Part shown: piece by piece, positions 39,453 to 49,373 of the stretch
Layout: every line of letters starts with the position of its first letter
Numbering within the stretch: position 1 is the stretch's first letter
From: Candidatus Poribacteria bacterium
GTDB lineage: Bacteria; Poribacteria; WGA-4E; WGA-3G
Length of the DNA: 64,000 bases
Assembly: GCA_965214095.1 (NCBI GenBank)
Contig: OZ243938.1
Coordinates: 4,224,001 to 4,288,000 of the forward strand
Reading direction: 5' to 3'
Made by a program: the position numbers and the translations under genes
Notes under the pieces: model-generated
The model's database searches: none
What the model saw: the letters and a program-made list of their open reading frames with translations, nothing else
Told to the model about the DNA's origin: nothing

Positions 39453-41174
39453 ATGGAAAATACATATATTACAGATGAACAGAACAATGAACTAATCGGG
39501 AATCAATCTAAAAACTCTTACCCCGTTTCAATCATTCCTTTAGGAGGATTAGGAGAATTCGGACTCAACATGATGGTGTACGAGACTGAAAATGACATCA
39601 TTGTCATTGATACAGGTTTCATGTTGCCGAACGCTGAGATGCCAGGGGTAGATCTGATTTTTCCGGACATCCATTACCTAATTGAACGAAAAGAAAAGGT
39701 CCGTGCAATACTTCTGACGCACGGTCACGAAGATCACATTGGAGCTTTGGCGTATGTTCTTCAGCAATTAGATGTTCCGGTTTATGGCACACAATTAACT
39801 CTTGCGATTGCAAGCGGTAGATTGAAAGAATACGGGGTGTTGAGTAAAGCATCTTTGAATGCTATCACTCCCGGTGATAACGTTAATTTAGGTGATTTCT
39901 CTGCTGAATTCATACATGTTACACATAGTATACCTGACTCAGTTGCAATCGCACTCCGAACACCTGTTGGGGTAATCGTCCACACAGGAGACTTTAAATT
40001 TGATGGCACACCAATTGATGGCAATTTGACTGACATTCAAACTTTAGCACGGTTGGGGACAGAGGGAGTTCACTTACTACTCTCCGACAGTACTAATGCT
40101 AATTGGCCTGGACAGACTCCATCTGAACGCAGCATTTATGATTCAATAGACAACATCTATCAGAAAACAGAACAGAGACTGTTTCTTTGCACTTTTTCTT
40201 CAAGTCTACACCGTATCCAACAATTTATTGATTTGGCGGTGAAACATCGCAGACTTATTGCTGTTACAGGTCGTTCACTTACTAACAACGTCCGTATTGC
40301 CACAGAACTTGGACTTCTTAAAATTAATCCGGATTACCTAATAGATGCAAAAGATGCTGCTATGTTTAAACCGCATGAGGTAGTTATTTTGAGCACTGGG
40401 AGTCAAGGTGAACCCCGTTCAGCGATGGCATTAATTGCACTTGATAACCATCCGTTTTTAAATGTTGAACCGAATGACACAGTTGTCATCTCCGCAAGAA
40501 TCATTCCTGGAAATGAGAGATCTGTTGGGCATGTTATCAACCATTTACTGAGGCGCGGTGTCAACATATTCCATGAACGCAATGCAAATGTCCATGTTTC
40601 TGGACACGGTTCAAGTGAAGACCTAAAACTTATGCTGAATTTATTGCGACCCAAGTTTTTCATTCCAATTCACGGTGAATATCAGAACCTTGTCCGCCAT
40701 GCAGAACTTGCTGAATCTGTCGGTATTCCAAGAGAAAACATAAATGTAGCAGAAGATGGCGAACTTATACAACTGACTTCTGAGTCATGTGAAGTGTATG
40801 AACGACAAGGACGTTCTGGTAGAGTGTTAGTGGATGGAAAACCAGAAATTGAACTTGAGGATATTGTACTAAGGGACAGAATCCAACTCTCACAAGATGG
40901 AATGGTAATTCCTATCATCGTGCTTCACAGTGATGGTAGTGCAATTGCAACTGAACCTGAAATCATATCTCGAGGATTTGTCTATATGGACGAATCTGAA
41001 GAACTCGTCAATGAAGCCAAAGAGATTACTCGCCATGTCATTGAAAACTTAACAAACGAACAGAAGCAAGAAACAGAAATAGTACAAGATGAGATTCGAG
41101 TTGCACTCCGCAAGTTATTTGCTAAACAGATGAAACGGAGTCCATTAGTGATGCCAGTCGTTATGCGCGTATAA
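39453..41174 (+). CDS. rnj: Ribonuclease J
   Basis: PLGGLGEFG, THGHEDHIG, HTGDFK, HVSGH, PIHGE. Confidence 0.95.
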   Translation: MENTYITDEQNNELIGNQSKNSYPVSIIPLGGLGEFGLNMMVYETENDIIVIDTGFMLPNAEMPGVDLIFPDIHYLIERKEKVRAILLTHGHEDHIGALAYVLQQLDVPVYGTQLTLAIASGRLKEYGVLSKASLNAITPGDNVNLGDFSAEFIHVTHSIPDSVAIALRTPVGVIVHTGDFKFDGTPIDGNLTDIQTLARLGTEGVHLLLSDSTNANWPGQTPSERSIYDSIDNIYQKTEQRLFLCTFSSSLHRIQQFIDLAVKHRRLIAVTGRSLTNNVRIATELGLLKINPDYLIDAKDAAMFKPHEVVILSTGSQGEPRSAMALIALDNHPFLNVEPNDTVVISARIIPGNERSVGHVINHLLRRGVNIFHERNANVHVSGHGSSEDLKLMLNLLRPKFFIPIHGEYQNLVRHAELAESVGIPRENINVAEDGELIQLTSESCEVYERQGRSGRVLVDGKPEIELEDIVLRDRIQLSQDGMVIPIIVLHSDGSAIATEPEIISRGFVYMDESEELVNEAKEITRHVIENLTNEQKQETEIVQDEIRVALRKLFAKQMKRSPLVMPVVMRV

Positions 41175-41782
41175 ATCGTTAACTGCTGTCCTATTGATCA
41201 AGTTCCCATAAAAGCACGGAATGGTCTTCGCTACCACTTGCTATTGTGTTGCCATCAGGAGAAAAGGCCACACTTCTTACTGAACCGATGTGTCCCTTGA
41301 ATTCTTTTATTGCAGTGCCATTAACAGCATCCACAATTCGCACTGCTCCATCTCTGCCTCCGATTGCGATTGTATTACCATCTGGCGAATATGTCGCTCC
41401 CCAGATATAGAACTTGAATTCTGCGAGTGTGCTTTTTTTACGAGTATTAAAAGCATCCCATAAGCGAACTGTACCATCGGAACTACCGGTTACTATTGTT
41501 GAACCATCGGGTGAAAACCCGACTGAATTAATTACGTGTGTATGTCCTTTGAGTACTGTTTTAGATTGTCCAGTTGCAGCTTGCCATAATATTGCTGTCT
41601 CGTCAGAACTTGCTGTAGCAATCGTGCTCCCATCAGGTGAATACGCAATACTTCTGATGGAACCCGAATGGCCTTTGAGTGTCGCTTTTGTTTCTTCCGT
41701 AGCAACATCCCACAGTATACCAATATTATCCGCCCCACCACTTGCAAGTGTGCTCCCATCAGGTGAATATGCTAATGCTCTC

Positions 41783-43269
41783 CATAAGCGTCAATTTAGT
41801 GATTTTTTGCTGCATTTTCAAGGTGTTCTAATGTTGTGTCTCTATTAGCACGTCTCTCAATGTAGCACCCATTTTGGAAAGCGTGTTTTATTTCATCAAA
41901 AGTTTGCCGAAAAGACATTATAGACTTGCGGAAACCTATTGCAAGTGTGCGTGCGAAGGTGCTAATAAGTTCTGCTGTTTTTGTTAGACTATGTTTTAGA
42001 CATCGCCAGCCGACCCTTAACATGATCCAGTGCCGCATAATTGCGACGATGAGTTTTGCATATAACTCACATAAGATTCTATATGGCTTGTCGCTACGGG
42101 AGGTATCAACTTTTCCAATGCTTTTGAAGCACTTGAACATCAACTCAATCTGCCATCGGATGCGTGCGACAGCACAAATCTGTTCAGCAGTCAGATGGTC
42201 TACTTCTATATTAGTAATGTAGATATTCCATCTTGCGAGCTGAAGTCGTTTTGGTGAAGGTTTCGTCTGCTTCCGCTTCGCACGATGTTTTATCTCCTTA
42301 ATACGCTGTTGGTTTTCTGTTTCTGAAAGTCTTTGAACAACTAATCGTGCTTTGAGACGCTTGTTTTTACCTATAAAGATTTGTTTGTCCTTGAAGTTAT
42401 CAGAACCCTTCTTGAGCCATTTTAGCAAGCAAAAAGGGTCACCTGTTTCATCATAGAGAAAACACTGGACTTTGTAGCGTGATATCCAAAAGACGTTTGC
42501 ATCGGAAAGTCTTTTGAAGGTATCAAGTGAATAATAGCCGAGGTCTGCGAGGCGCAAACTGCCGGCGGGTAGCATATCAATCTGCTTTTCAATAGTGCTA
42601 TCAGCGGTGATACCATTGGTCAGTTCAAAGTGTTCAAAAGTGCCTGTGGCACTATCAAAACGCAGGTGGAGTTTCACGGCAGCTGTGTTCGGTTTGTTCT
42701 TTTTGCTTCCACCTTCCCAAGTTTCGTGGAGCACATCAGGGAGTGTAATCCAAGAACTATCTTGTAAATAGACACCAGTGAACTTTTCAAGGAGCGGAAG
42801 CGTTTGCGGGTCGGCAGAAATAACCTGGGAAGCAGTAGCATCAAGGATAACTTTCAGGGTCTCTGCTGCTTCAGATGTAAATCGTTGTTCAATGGCTTGT
42901 CGTGAGATTGAAATCCCCAGTACACCAGCAGTTTGCGCAAGTTGTGTATAGGTGGCATCCGGGTTTTCTAACCAAGTCCAAATAAGTATTTGAGCAAAAC
43001 GACTACCGTTGAGTTTACAACTTCTTTTGACAAAACCTGTATTGAGAGCTGCATCATTGGCTATAGTTGTAAGAATATGTTGCATTTCTTTGGGAACTTG
43101 TGATAATGTATTCATTGGAAACACCTCTTTGTAGACCATAATAACTCTATATCTACATTATATATGAGGTGTTTTCATTTTTACAGAAGTTTTATTTCAT
43201 AATTTATACTTTCTCTGATTAAAAGTTGACACTTATCGGTCTTAGTGCATCCTTAAATTGACGCTTATG
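41783..43269 (-). mobile_element. IS4-family insertion sequence
   Basis: Perfect 16-bp TIR CATAAGCGTCAATTTA / TAAATTGACGCTTATG; 20-bp direct repeat GTGAATATGCTAATGCTCTC at 41763-41782 and 43270-43289. Confidence 0.92.
41796..43115 (-). CDS. IS4-family DDE transposase
   Basis: QDSS, ADLGY, RWQIELMFK (YREK-like motif, with Y replaced); stop codon lies inside the TIR. Confidence 0.88.
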   Translation of the reverse strand: MNTLSQVPKEMQHILTTIANDAALNTGFVKRSCKLNGSRFAQILIWTWLENPDATYTQLAQTAGVLGISISRQAIEQRFTSEAAETLKVILDATASQVISADPQTLPLLEKFTGVYLQDSSWITLPDVLHETWEGGSKKNKPNTAAVKLHLRFDSATGTFEHFELTNGITADSTIEKQIDMLPAGSLRLADLGYYSLDTFKRLSDANVFWISRYKVQCFLYDETGDPFCLLKWLKKGSDNFKDKQIFIGKNKRLKARLVVQRLSETENQQRIKEIKHRAKRKQTKPSPKRLQLARWNIYITNIEVDHLTAEQICAVARIRWQIELMFKCFKSIGKVDTSRSDKPYRILCELYAKLIVAIMRHWIMLRVGWRCLKHSLTKTAELISTFARTLAIGFRKSIMSFRQTFDEIKHAFQNGCYIERRANRDTTLEHLENAAKNH

Positions 43270-43864
43270 GTGAATATGCTAATGCTCTCACATAATCTCT
43301 ATGTTCTGAGAGTGTTGCTTTTGGGAGACCAGCTTCACTTTCCCATAACCATATTTCTTCATAACTTCCAGAAGCAACTGTGTCTCCATCCGGCGAATAT
43401 ACAATACTCCAAACATACTCTGTATGTCCTGCAAGTAGACTTACTTCCTCACCAGTTTTGACATCATAAATCCACGTGCCAATATCACCTGCAACAGCAA
43501 GTCTTGTGCCATCGGGAGAAAAGGCTACATTACCTGTTATGCTACTCTTACCAAAGCGATATTTTGCACCGTCAGGCAATTCTGATCGAGGTATCTCTTG
43601 ACTAATTTCTGTGTTCATCAAATTTATTCCTTTCATTAATTCTCTTCATCACTGTTAACTATATCACACAAATAGGATTTAAACAATACTCTTAATCTTC
43701 AATTCTATTGACTGTTTCAATCTTATATGTTAATATAATTACTAACAATTCAAATACGAAAATGTTCGGTATTTTCAAATAATGTTTCATAAAATTATTT
43801 GATTTCCCTAAAACACAACTTTCCTCAAAAAAATATCATAAATAAAATATAATGGAGTAAACTG

Positions 43865-45514
43865 ATGAAATGCACATTGATGAAAACTCTTATAATTCTG
43901 TTTTTTGTAAGTTTTACTCTCGCATTAAACGCTGCATCTATTGATGATTTTATACCCTATGATAGTTTTTTATTTGTCAAATTGAATGGACTTGACGAGA
44001 TACCTAACACGATTAAAAATAATGAAATAACTGGAATATTGAATGTATTGGGAACATCAGAGATTCTTGATCTATTCGGTCACAGTAGTGGTTTAACAAT
44101 ATGGTTGGATAAAAAACACAGCGTCAATGCGGCTTATATTGTGGATACTAAAGGGGACATGGTACTGATCCAACGTTTGAAAAAAATCGCACCAAGAATT
44201 TTAGGTGTGTTTGCAACTACACGCAAACAGAACGCAGGAAAACACAGATCAATCCAATATAGCGAACTCAATTTAGATGAAAATAAAATACTATACGGTT
44301 ATGTTGATGAGTTTTTTGTAATAGGGATTGGTGAACGAAGTTTCAAAACCATTATAAATACTTATAAAAAGAAATCTCCTTCAATTTTGAAAAATGAGCG
44401 ATTTGTTGAAGCAACGCAAAAAACAGGTGATGCAGATATATTTGTTTTTTCCAATATTGCCACCATTGATAACGCAAAAAAACGCAATGCTTTAATGTCC
44501 TTTGAAAAAGTGATAGAAGAATTAACACCTTTCACCTATATCTCAGCAACATTAAATCTTCAAGAACCGGGAGAATTTCTGAAAGCTTATGCCCCATTTA
44601 CTCCAAATGCCCTTCAAAACATAGAAGAAATACTACCAATTCAGACACAAATGGCACATACTTTAGATTCAAAGAAAACAATCCGAACCATGTCTGGAAA
44701 AGATGATCTCTTCATTGCCATATCACCGATTGTCACACAAACACTCTGGTCTCTACTACGTGAATATATAGAGCAGAATGCTGATGGTGGCTTTTACGAC
44801 GCTCTTAGTTTCTTAGAAAGTGAATTTAACACGGATTTTTATGCAGATGTGATACCAGCACTTACTGGAGAAGTCGCTTTGTCAATTTCTAAGTTCGAGC
44901 CATTTTTGACTCCTATAAAGAAGGATTCGATTCTATCGTTTCAGGGATCGTTGGATTCAGATGGGAACTCTGAAATAGAGATAAGTCCCATTGAACGATT
45001 TGGGGTCATTTTCAGTAGCATCAACCCCGCCAAATGGAATGAGTTTAATAATGCATTGGCTAATGCAGGTAATACCTCAACAAAACAATTCTTCGAATAT
45101 GGTGGCACGACAGTATCTCAAGTTGCTGACAGTGTCTACCTTTCAAACATCAATGAACTATCAATTGCCAGTTTTGGAGAAGACGATATAATATCATTGC
45201 TTGACACGTTGTCAGCAAACAGACAGTTGCCAATTGATATAGAACATGTAGCACAGTCGTCTATTGCTTGTTTTCAATTGAACCTGATTACTCTTTTGGA
45301 AGCATTACTCGGAACTGAACACATATCAAACCCAGACGATATAGTATCATTGCTTGCGTGGTTATCTCTTGAAGAGAATGCACTCAGTTTACAAGCTGCC
45401 TTTTTAGAGAACACGCCGGCACTGAACTCGTTAATAAGATTTTCAGATACAACAGTAAATGGTATTATATCATCTCTGAAGAAATCGAAAACGAATGCAA
45501 ATGAACTGAATTAG
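43865..45514 (+). CDS. Secreted hypothetical protein (possibly DUF3352-like)
   Basis: 549-aa ORF with signal peptide and GGAG RBS; family assignment weak. Confidence 0.55.
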   Translation: MKCTLMKTLIILFFVSFTLALNAASIDDFIPYDSFLFVKLNGLDEIPNTIKNNEITGILNVLGTSEILDLFGHSSGLTIWLDKKHSVNAAYIVDTKGDMVLIQRLKKIAPRILGVFATTRKQNAGKHRSIQYSELNLDENKILYGYVDEFFVIGIGERSFKTIINTYKKKSPSILKNERFVEATQKTGDADIFVFSNIATIDNAKKRNALMSFEKVIEELTPFTYISATLNLQEPGEFLKAYAPFTPNALQNIEEILPIQTQMAHTLDSKKTIRTMSGKDDLFIAISPIVTQTLWSLLREYIEQNADGGFYDALSFLESEFNTDFYADVIPALTGEVALSISKFEPFLTPIKKDSILSFQGSLDSDGNSEIEISPIERFGVIFSSINPAKWNEFNNALANAGNTSTKQFFEYGGTTVSQVADSVYLSNINELSIASFGEDDIISLLDTLSANRQLPIDIEHVAQSSIACFQLNLITLLEALLGTEHISNPDDIVSLLAWLSLEENALSLQAAFLENTPALNSLIRFSDTTVNGIISSLKKSKTNANELN

Positions 45515-45571
45515 TTTTCCAATTTTAGTTTCTATTATTTTAATTTGACATCTGAGGAAATTGAATTAAGC

Positions 45572-46972
45572 ATGAAAAAAACAATGTACGAAAAGATATG
45601 GGATGCACATCTCGTACGAGCATCAGAGGACGAGGTACCGATTCTATATATTGATACACATCTTGTCCACGAAGTGACATCACCGCAAGCGTTTGAAGGT
45701 TTGCGAATCAACAACCGTAAGGTGAGACGACCCGATTTAACTTTCGCAACGATGGACCACAATGTCCCAACTACGGATAGAAGTCTACCTATCAAAGACC
45801 TAATTGCTGCAAAACAGATGGAAACACTCGCACAGAACTGCGCTGAGTTTGAAATCCCTCTCTATGACATCAACAGTCCTGAACAAGGCATTGTCCATGT
45901 CATAGGACCAGAACTGGGTATCACGCAGCCCGGAAGAACTATTGTATGTGGAGATAGCCACACTTCAACGCACGGCGCATTCGGAGCACTTGCATTCGGT
46001 ATCGGTACAAGTGAGATTGAGCATGTGCTGGCGACTCAATGTCTATTACAACACAAATCGGAGACATTCGAAATCCGCGTTGATGGGACACTGCCTTACG
46101 GTGTCACAGCAAAAGACATAATCCTCTCTATAATCGGACATATCGGCATTGACGGCGGCAATGGAGCCGTTGTGGAATATACAGGTTCGACAATCCGTTC
46201 TCTGAGCATCGAAGAACGTATGACGGTATGTAATATGTCAATTGAAGCAGGCGCACGTGCTGGCATGATTGCACCAGACGACACAACATACGAATACATT
46301 GCTGGTAGACAATTTGCCCCAAAAGGTGAAGCGTATGATGCAGCAGTTGAACAATGGAAGCAACTTCCAACAGACGATGGTGCTACTTATGATCGTGTCT
46401 TAGAACTTGATGCTACTAAGATAGCACCACAGGTTACATGGGGCACAAATCCGGGTATGGTTACGGATGTAACAGGTCTGGTACCAAATCCTGATGACAT
46501 GCACACTACTGATGAAAAACGGGCAGCAGAGCATGCTTTGGAATACATGGATCTTAAACCAGGAACTCCAATGACTGACATCAGTGTTGATAGAGTATTC
46601 ATCGGAAGTTGTACAAACTCACGTATTAGTGATTTGCGTGCTGCAGCAGAAGTAGTTAAAGGTAGAAAAGTAGCAGACACCGTCAATGCAATGGTTGTCC
46701 CGGGTTCACAGGAAGTAAAACGACAGGCAGAAGCTGAAGGACTCCATGCAATATTCCGCGCAGCCGGTTTTGAATGGCGTGAGGCAGGTTGTAGTATGTG
46801 TCTCGGTATGAACCCTGATACCTTGATGCCGGGTCAACGTTGTGCAAGTACATCAAACAGGAATTTTGAAGGTAGACAAGGCAAAGGTGGACGCACACAC
46901 CTTGTCAGTCCACAAATGGCAGCTGCGACTGCGGTAGCTGGATTTTTTGTAGACATACGTACTTTTGAATAA
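45572..46972 (+). CDS. leuC: 3-isopropylmalate dehydratase large subunit
   Basis: [37 protein letters not shown]. Confidence 0.96.
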   Translation: MKKTMYEKIWDAHLVRASEDEVPILYIDTHLVHEVTSPQAFEGLRINNRKVRRPDLTFATMDHNVPTTDRSLPIKDLIAAKQMETLAQNCAEFEIPLYDINSPEQGIVHVIGPELGITQPGRTIVCGDSHTSTHGAFGALAFGIGTSEIEHVLATQCLLQHKSETFEIRVDGTLPYGVTAKDIILSIIGHIGIDGGNGAVVEYTGSTIRSLSIEERMTVCNMSIEAGARAGMIAPDDTTYEYIAGRQFAPKGEAYDAAVEQWKQLPTDDGATYDRVLELDATKIAPQVTWGTNPGMVTDVTGLVPNPDDMHTTDEKRAAEHALEYMDLKPGTPMTDISVDRVFIGSCTNSRISDLRAAAEVVKGRKVADTVNAMVVPGSQEVKRQAEAEGLHAIFRAAGFEWREAGCSMCLGMNPDTLMPGQRCASTSNRNFEGRQGKGGRTHLVSPQMAAATAVAGFFVDIRTFE

Positions 46973-47049
46973 GTCAAATACAGACTAATCTAAGATGAAA
47001 GAGATTATATAAATATCCACTCAATATTTAGGAAACAGCCGAGGTAAAA

Positions 47050-47256
47050 ATGGAATCTATTATAATTGAAAAGATTAGGGAACTTCCTTTGGAACTTCAA
47101 GAAGAGGTAATTCATTTCATTGATTTTTTGCGAACCAAAAAAAGTACCAAACAGAAGAAAAAACCAAACTTGGAATGGATTGGTGGATTAAATGCGTATA
47201 GAGATGAGTTCACTGCCCTTGAACTTGAGAAAAAAGCGTCAGATTGGAGGGATTAG
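47050..47256 (+). CDS. DUF2281-like antitoxin
   Basis: LP..LQEEV..FIDFL..W.GGL pattern; coupled to a PIN gene. Confidence 0.7.
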   Translation: MESIIIEKIRELPLELQEEVIHFIDFLRTKKSTKQKKKPNLEWIGGLNAYRDEFTALELEKKASDWRD

Positions 47257-47660
47257 TGTTTCTTGCTGATACCAATATTTTTCTTGAAGCATTGTTGGGA
47301 CAAGACAAAAAAGACGATGTCCAATCATTCTTACAGAATATTGACTTAAGCACAATCTTCATTACAGATTTGTCGCTTCATTCCATAGGCATTATTCTAT
47401 ATAGATTGCAGAATTATACACTCTTCAGTTCATTCACAGAGGATATAATTGTTGACGGAGTCGGGATTCTCTCATTACCTGCGGAAGATCTTAAAACGCT
47501 GGAGTTGACATCGGTTAAATATAACCTTGACTTTGACGATGCATACCAATACACAGTAGCTGTGAAATATGAAATGCAACTCATCAGTTTTGATACAGAT
47601 TTTGATCAGACAGATAGGAAACGTATGGAACCTAGTGAGGTATTACAATCAATTGCTTGA
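47256..47660 (+). CDS. PIN-domain (VapC-like) toxin
   Basis: DTNIFLE, LDFDDAYQY, SFDTDFD; GTG overlaps the antitoxin stop. Confidence 0.85.
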   Translation: MFLADTNIFLEALLGQDKKDDVQSFLQNIDLSTIFITDLSLHSIGIILYRLQNYTLFSSFTEDIIVDGVGILSLPAEDLKTLELTSVKYNLDFDDAYQYTVAVKYEMQLISFDTDFDQTDRKRMEPSEVLQSIA

Positions 47661-47719
47661 TATGTGTAACCCTATTTAGAAAAGAGACTACTTAAAGACA
47701 CATAGAAGGAAACAGAAAT

Positions 47720-48310
47720 ATGGAAGCATTCAAAGAACACGTTGGACTTGTAGTTCCACTTGACCGAATTAATGTTGACACCGACCAGATCATCCCAAAA
47801 CAATTCCTCAAAAGAATTGAAAGAACTGGTTTCGGTGAATTTTTATTTTTTGATTGGCGTTATCTTGAAAATGGTGATCGGAATTCGGAATTCGTACTCA
47901 ACCACCCACGCTATGCAGACGCAAGTATTCTAATTGCTGGTGCAAACTTCGGCTGCGGTAGTTCCCGTGAGCATGCCCCGTGGGCATTGCAGCAATATGG
48001 CTTCAAAGCAATTCTTGCACCATCATTTGCTGACATCTTTCGCAACAATTGTTATAAGAACGGTATACTGCCTATTGCTTTATCTGCTGACGTTGTTACC
48101 TCGCTTAGTCAAGAAGCACAAGATACCGAAGGTTATAGACTAATGGTTGATTTAGAGGAACAATCGGTAATCTGTCCTGATGGCACTGCACACACATTTG
48201 AAATCGGTGATTTTGAGAAGTATTGCTTGCTCAACGGATTGGATGAGATTGGTTGGACTTTGCAGTATGAATCTGATATTACTGCTTTTGAGAACTTAGG
48301 TCAACAGTAG
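47720..48310 (+). CDS. leuD: 3-isopropylmalate dehydratase small subunit
   Basis: [29 protein letters not shown]. Confidence 0.96.
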   Translation: MEAFKEHVGLVVPLDRINVDTDQIIPKQFLKRIERTGFGEFLFFDWRYLENGDRNSEFVLNHPRYADASILIAGANFGCGSSREHAPWALQQYGFKAILAPSFADIFRNNCYKNGILPIALSADVVTSLSQEAQDTEGYRLMVDLEEQSVICPDGTAHTFEIGDFEKYCLLNGLDEIGWTLQYESDITAFENLGQQ

Positions 48311-48405
48311 CCACAAAGCCTGTTCATTCAAATTATTTCTCTGCAACTTGGATCTTTTAAACTGCAGCAGGTATAATCATAAGAAACATAATTGGAGGCA
48401 AAAAA

Positions 48406-48666
48406 ATGGCACAACCAAATAAAATTAGAGCTACCTACAAGAATGGTGTAATTGAACCGTTAGACGAACTCAATCTTCCTGACGGGCAAGAACTTGAGCT
48501 TGAAATCAAAGTACTCCCATCTGCCACCACTGTACTGTCTAAAGAAGAGAAAAAAGACTTGATTCAGAAAATGCGAGGGACTATGAAAGGTACTTGGGGA
48601 AGTAGTGTTGAAGATATCAATGCTTATCTCAAGTCAGAAAGGGATGCATGGAACAGAAGGCACTAA
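48406..48666 (+). CDS. AF2212/DUF104-like antitoxin
   Basis: IRATYKNGVIEPLDELNLPDG. Confidence 0.75.
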   Translation: MAQPNKIRATYKNGVIEPLDELNLPDGQELELEIKVLPSATTVLSKEEKKDLIQKMRGTMKGTWGSSVEDINAYLKSERDAWNRRH

Positions 48667-49115
48667 ATTTTCGTTCAGTTCTCTTTCAAGATGCGACCGT
48701 GTTACTGGATACTTCTGTTTTAATATATTACTTTGAAGAGATTGAACCGTACTATCATTTAACAGAGGAAATCTTCAACGAAGCTAATGATGACAATATT
48801 AAGGGTTTTCTATCGGCTATATCAGTAACAGAATTTGTAACTAAACCATTTGCAGATGGAAAGGTAGCAGATGTTGAACGTTTTAAACATTTGCTATCTT
48901 CAATTTCAATACAAGTACTTGCTGTCACCTATGAAATTGCAGAATTGGCAGGTAAACTTCGCGCAAAATATCCAAGCACTCACACCCCAGACGCTCTAAT
49001 TATTGCCACAGCGTTAGAGAATAGATGTGATTTATTTTTTACTAACGACAAGAACTTGAAGAAATTTGAAGTTTCTGGGTTTGATGTAATTGTGCTTGCA
49101 GATTATGTTGAATGA
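48648..49115 (+). CDS. PIN-domain (VapC-like) toxin
   Basis: LDTSVLIY, TE, PDALIIATA, TND. Confidence 0.85.
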   Translation: MEQKALNFRSVLFQDATVLLDTSVLIYYFEEIEPYYHLTEEIFNEANDDNIKGFLSAISVTEFVTKPFADGKVADVERFKHLLSSISIQVLAVTYEIAELAGKLRAKYPSTHTPDALIIATALENRCDLFFTNDKNLKKFEVSGFDVIVLADYVE

Positions 49116-49258
49116 GGATGATGCAAGTTATCGTTATTAATCAAATCTTGGAACTGTGAGGTATTTTCTCAATTTGCCTTGTTATGCAATTATTCTACAT
49201 CTATCTTTAGTACTCACTATATTTCTATTGCAAAGCTTAAGGTAAATTCCAAATTCAT

Positions 49259-49284
49259 TAGGCGAGGTTTGAAACCTCGCCTAC
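49259..49284 (-). repeat. GTAG-type REP-like hairpin
   Basis: TAGGCGAGGTTT-G-AAACCTCGCCTAC. Confidence 0.6.
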
Positions 49285-49373
49285 TTTATGAGGAAGATAA
49301 GTAATAATCTACAAAACTGCATCCGAAAATGTGTATAAGCGATTACGAATAATCTATGCAGTGGAGAATATAA

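Larger units (their letters stand above)
41191..43618 (-). pseudogene. WD40-repeat protein interrupted by IS4 (5' part 43270-43618, 3' part 41191-41782)
   Basis: LPDGAKYRFGK and repeated GH..(Y/F)SPDG..LW motifs on both sides; removing the IS and one TSD copy gives an intact 307-codon frame (..RDYVRALAYSPDGSTLASGG..LWELDQ*). Confidence 0.88.

Noticed and set aside
41414-41848. Plus-strand 144-aa ORF
   Set aside because: Antisense shadow of the WD40 repeats on the minus strand
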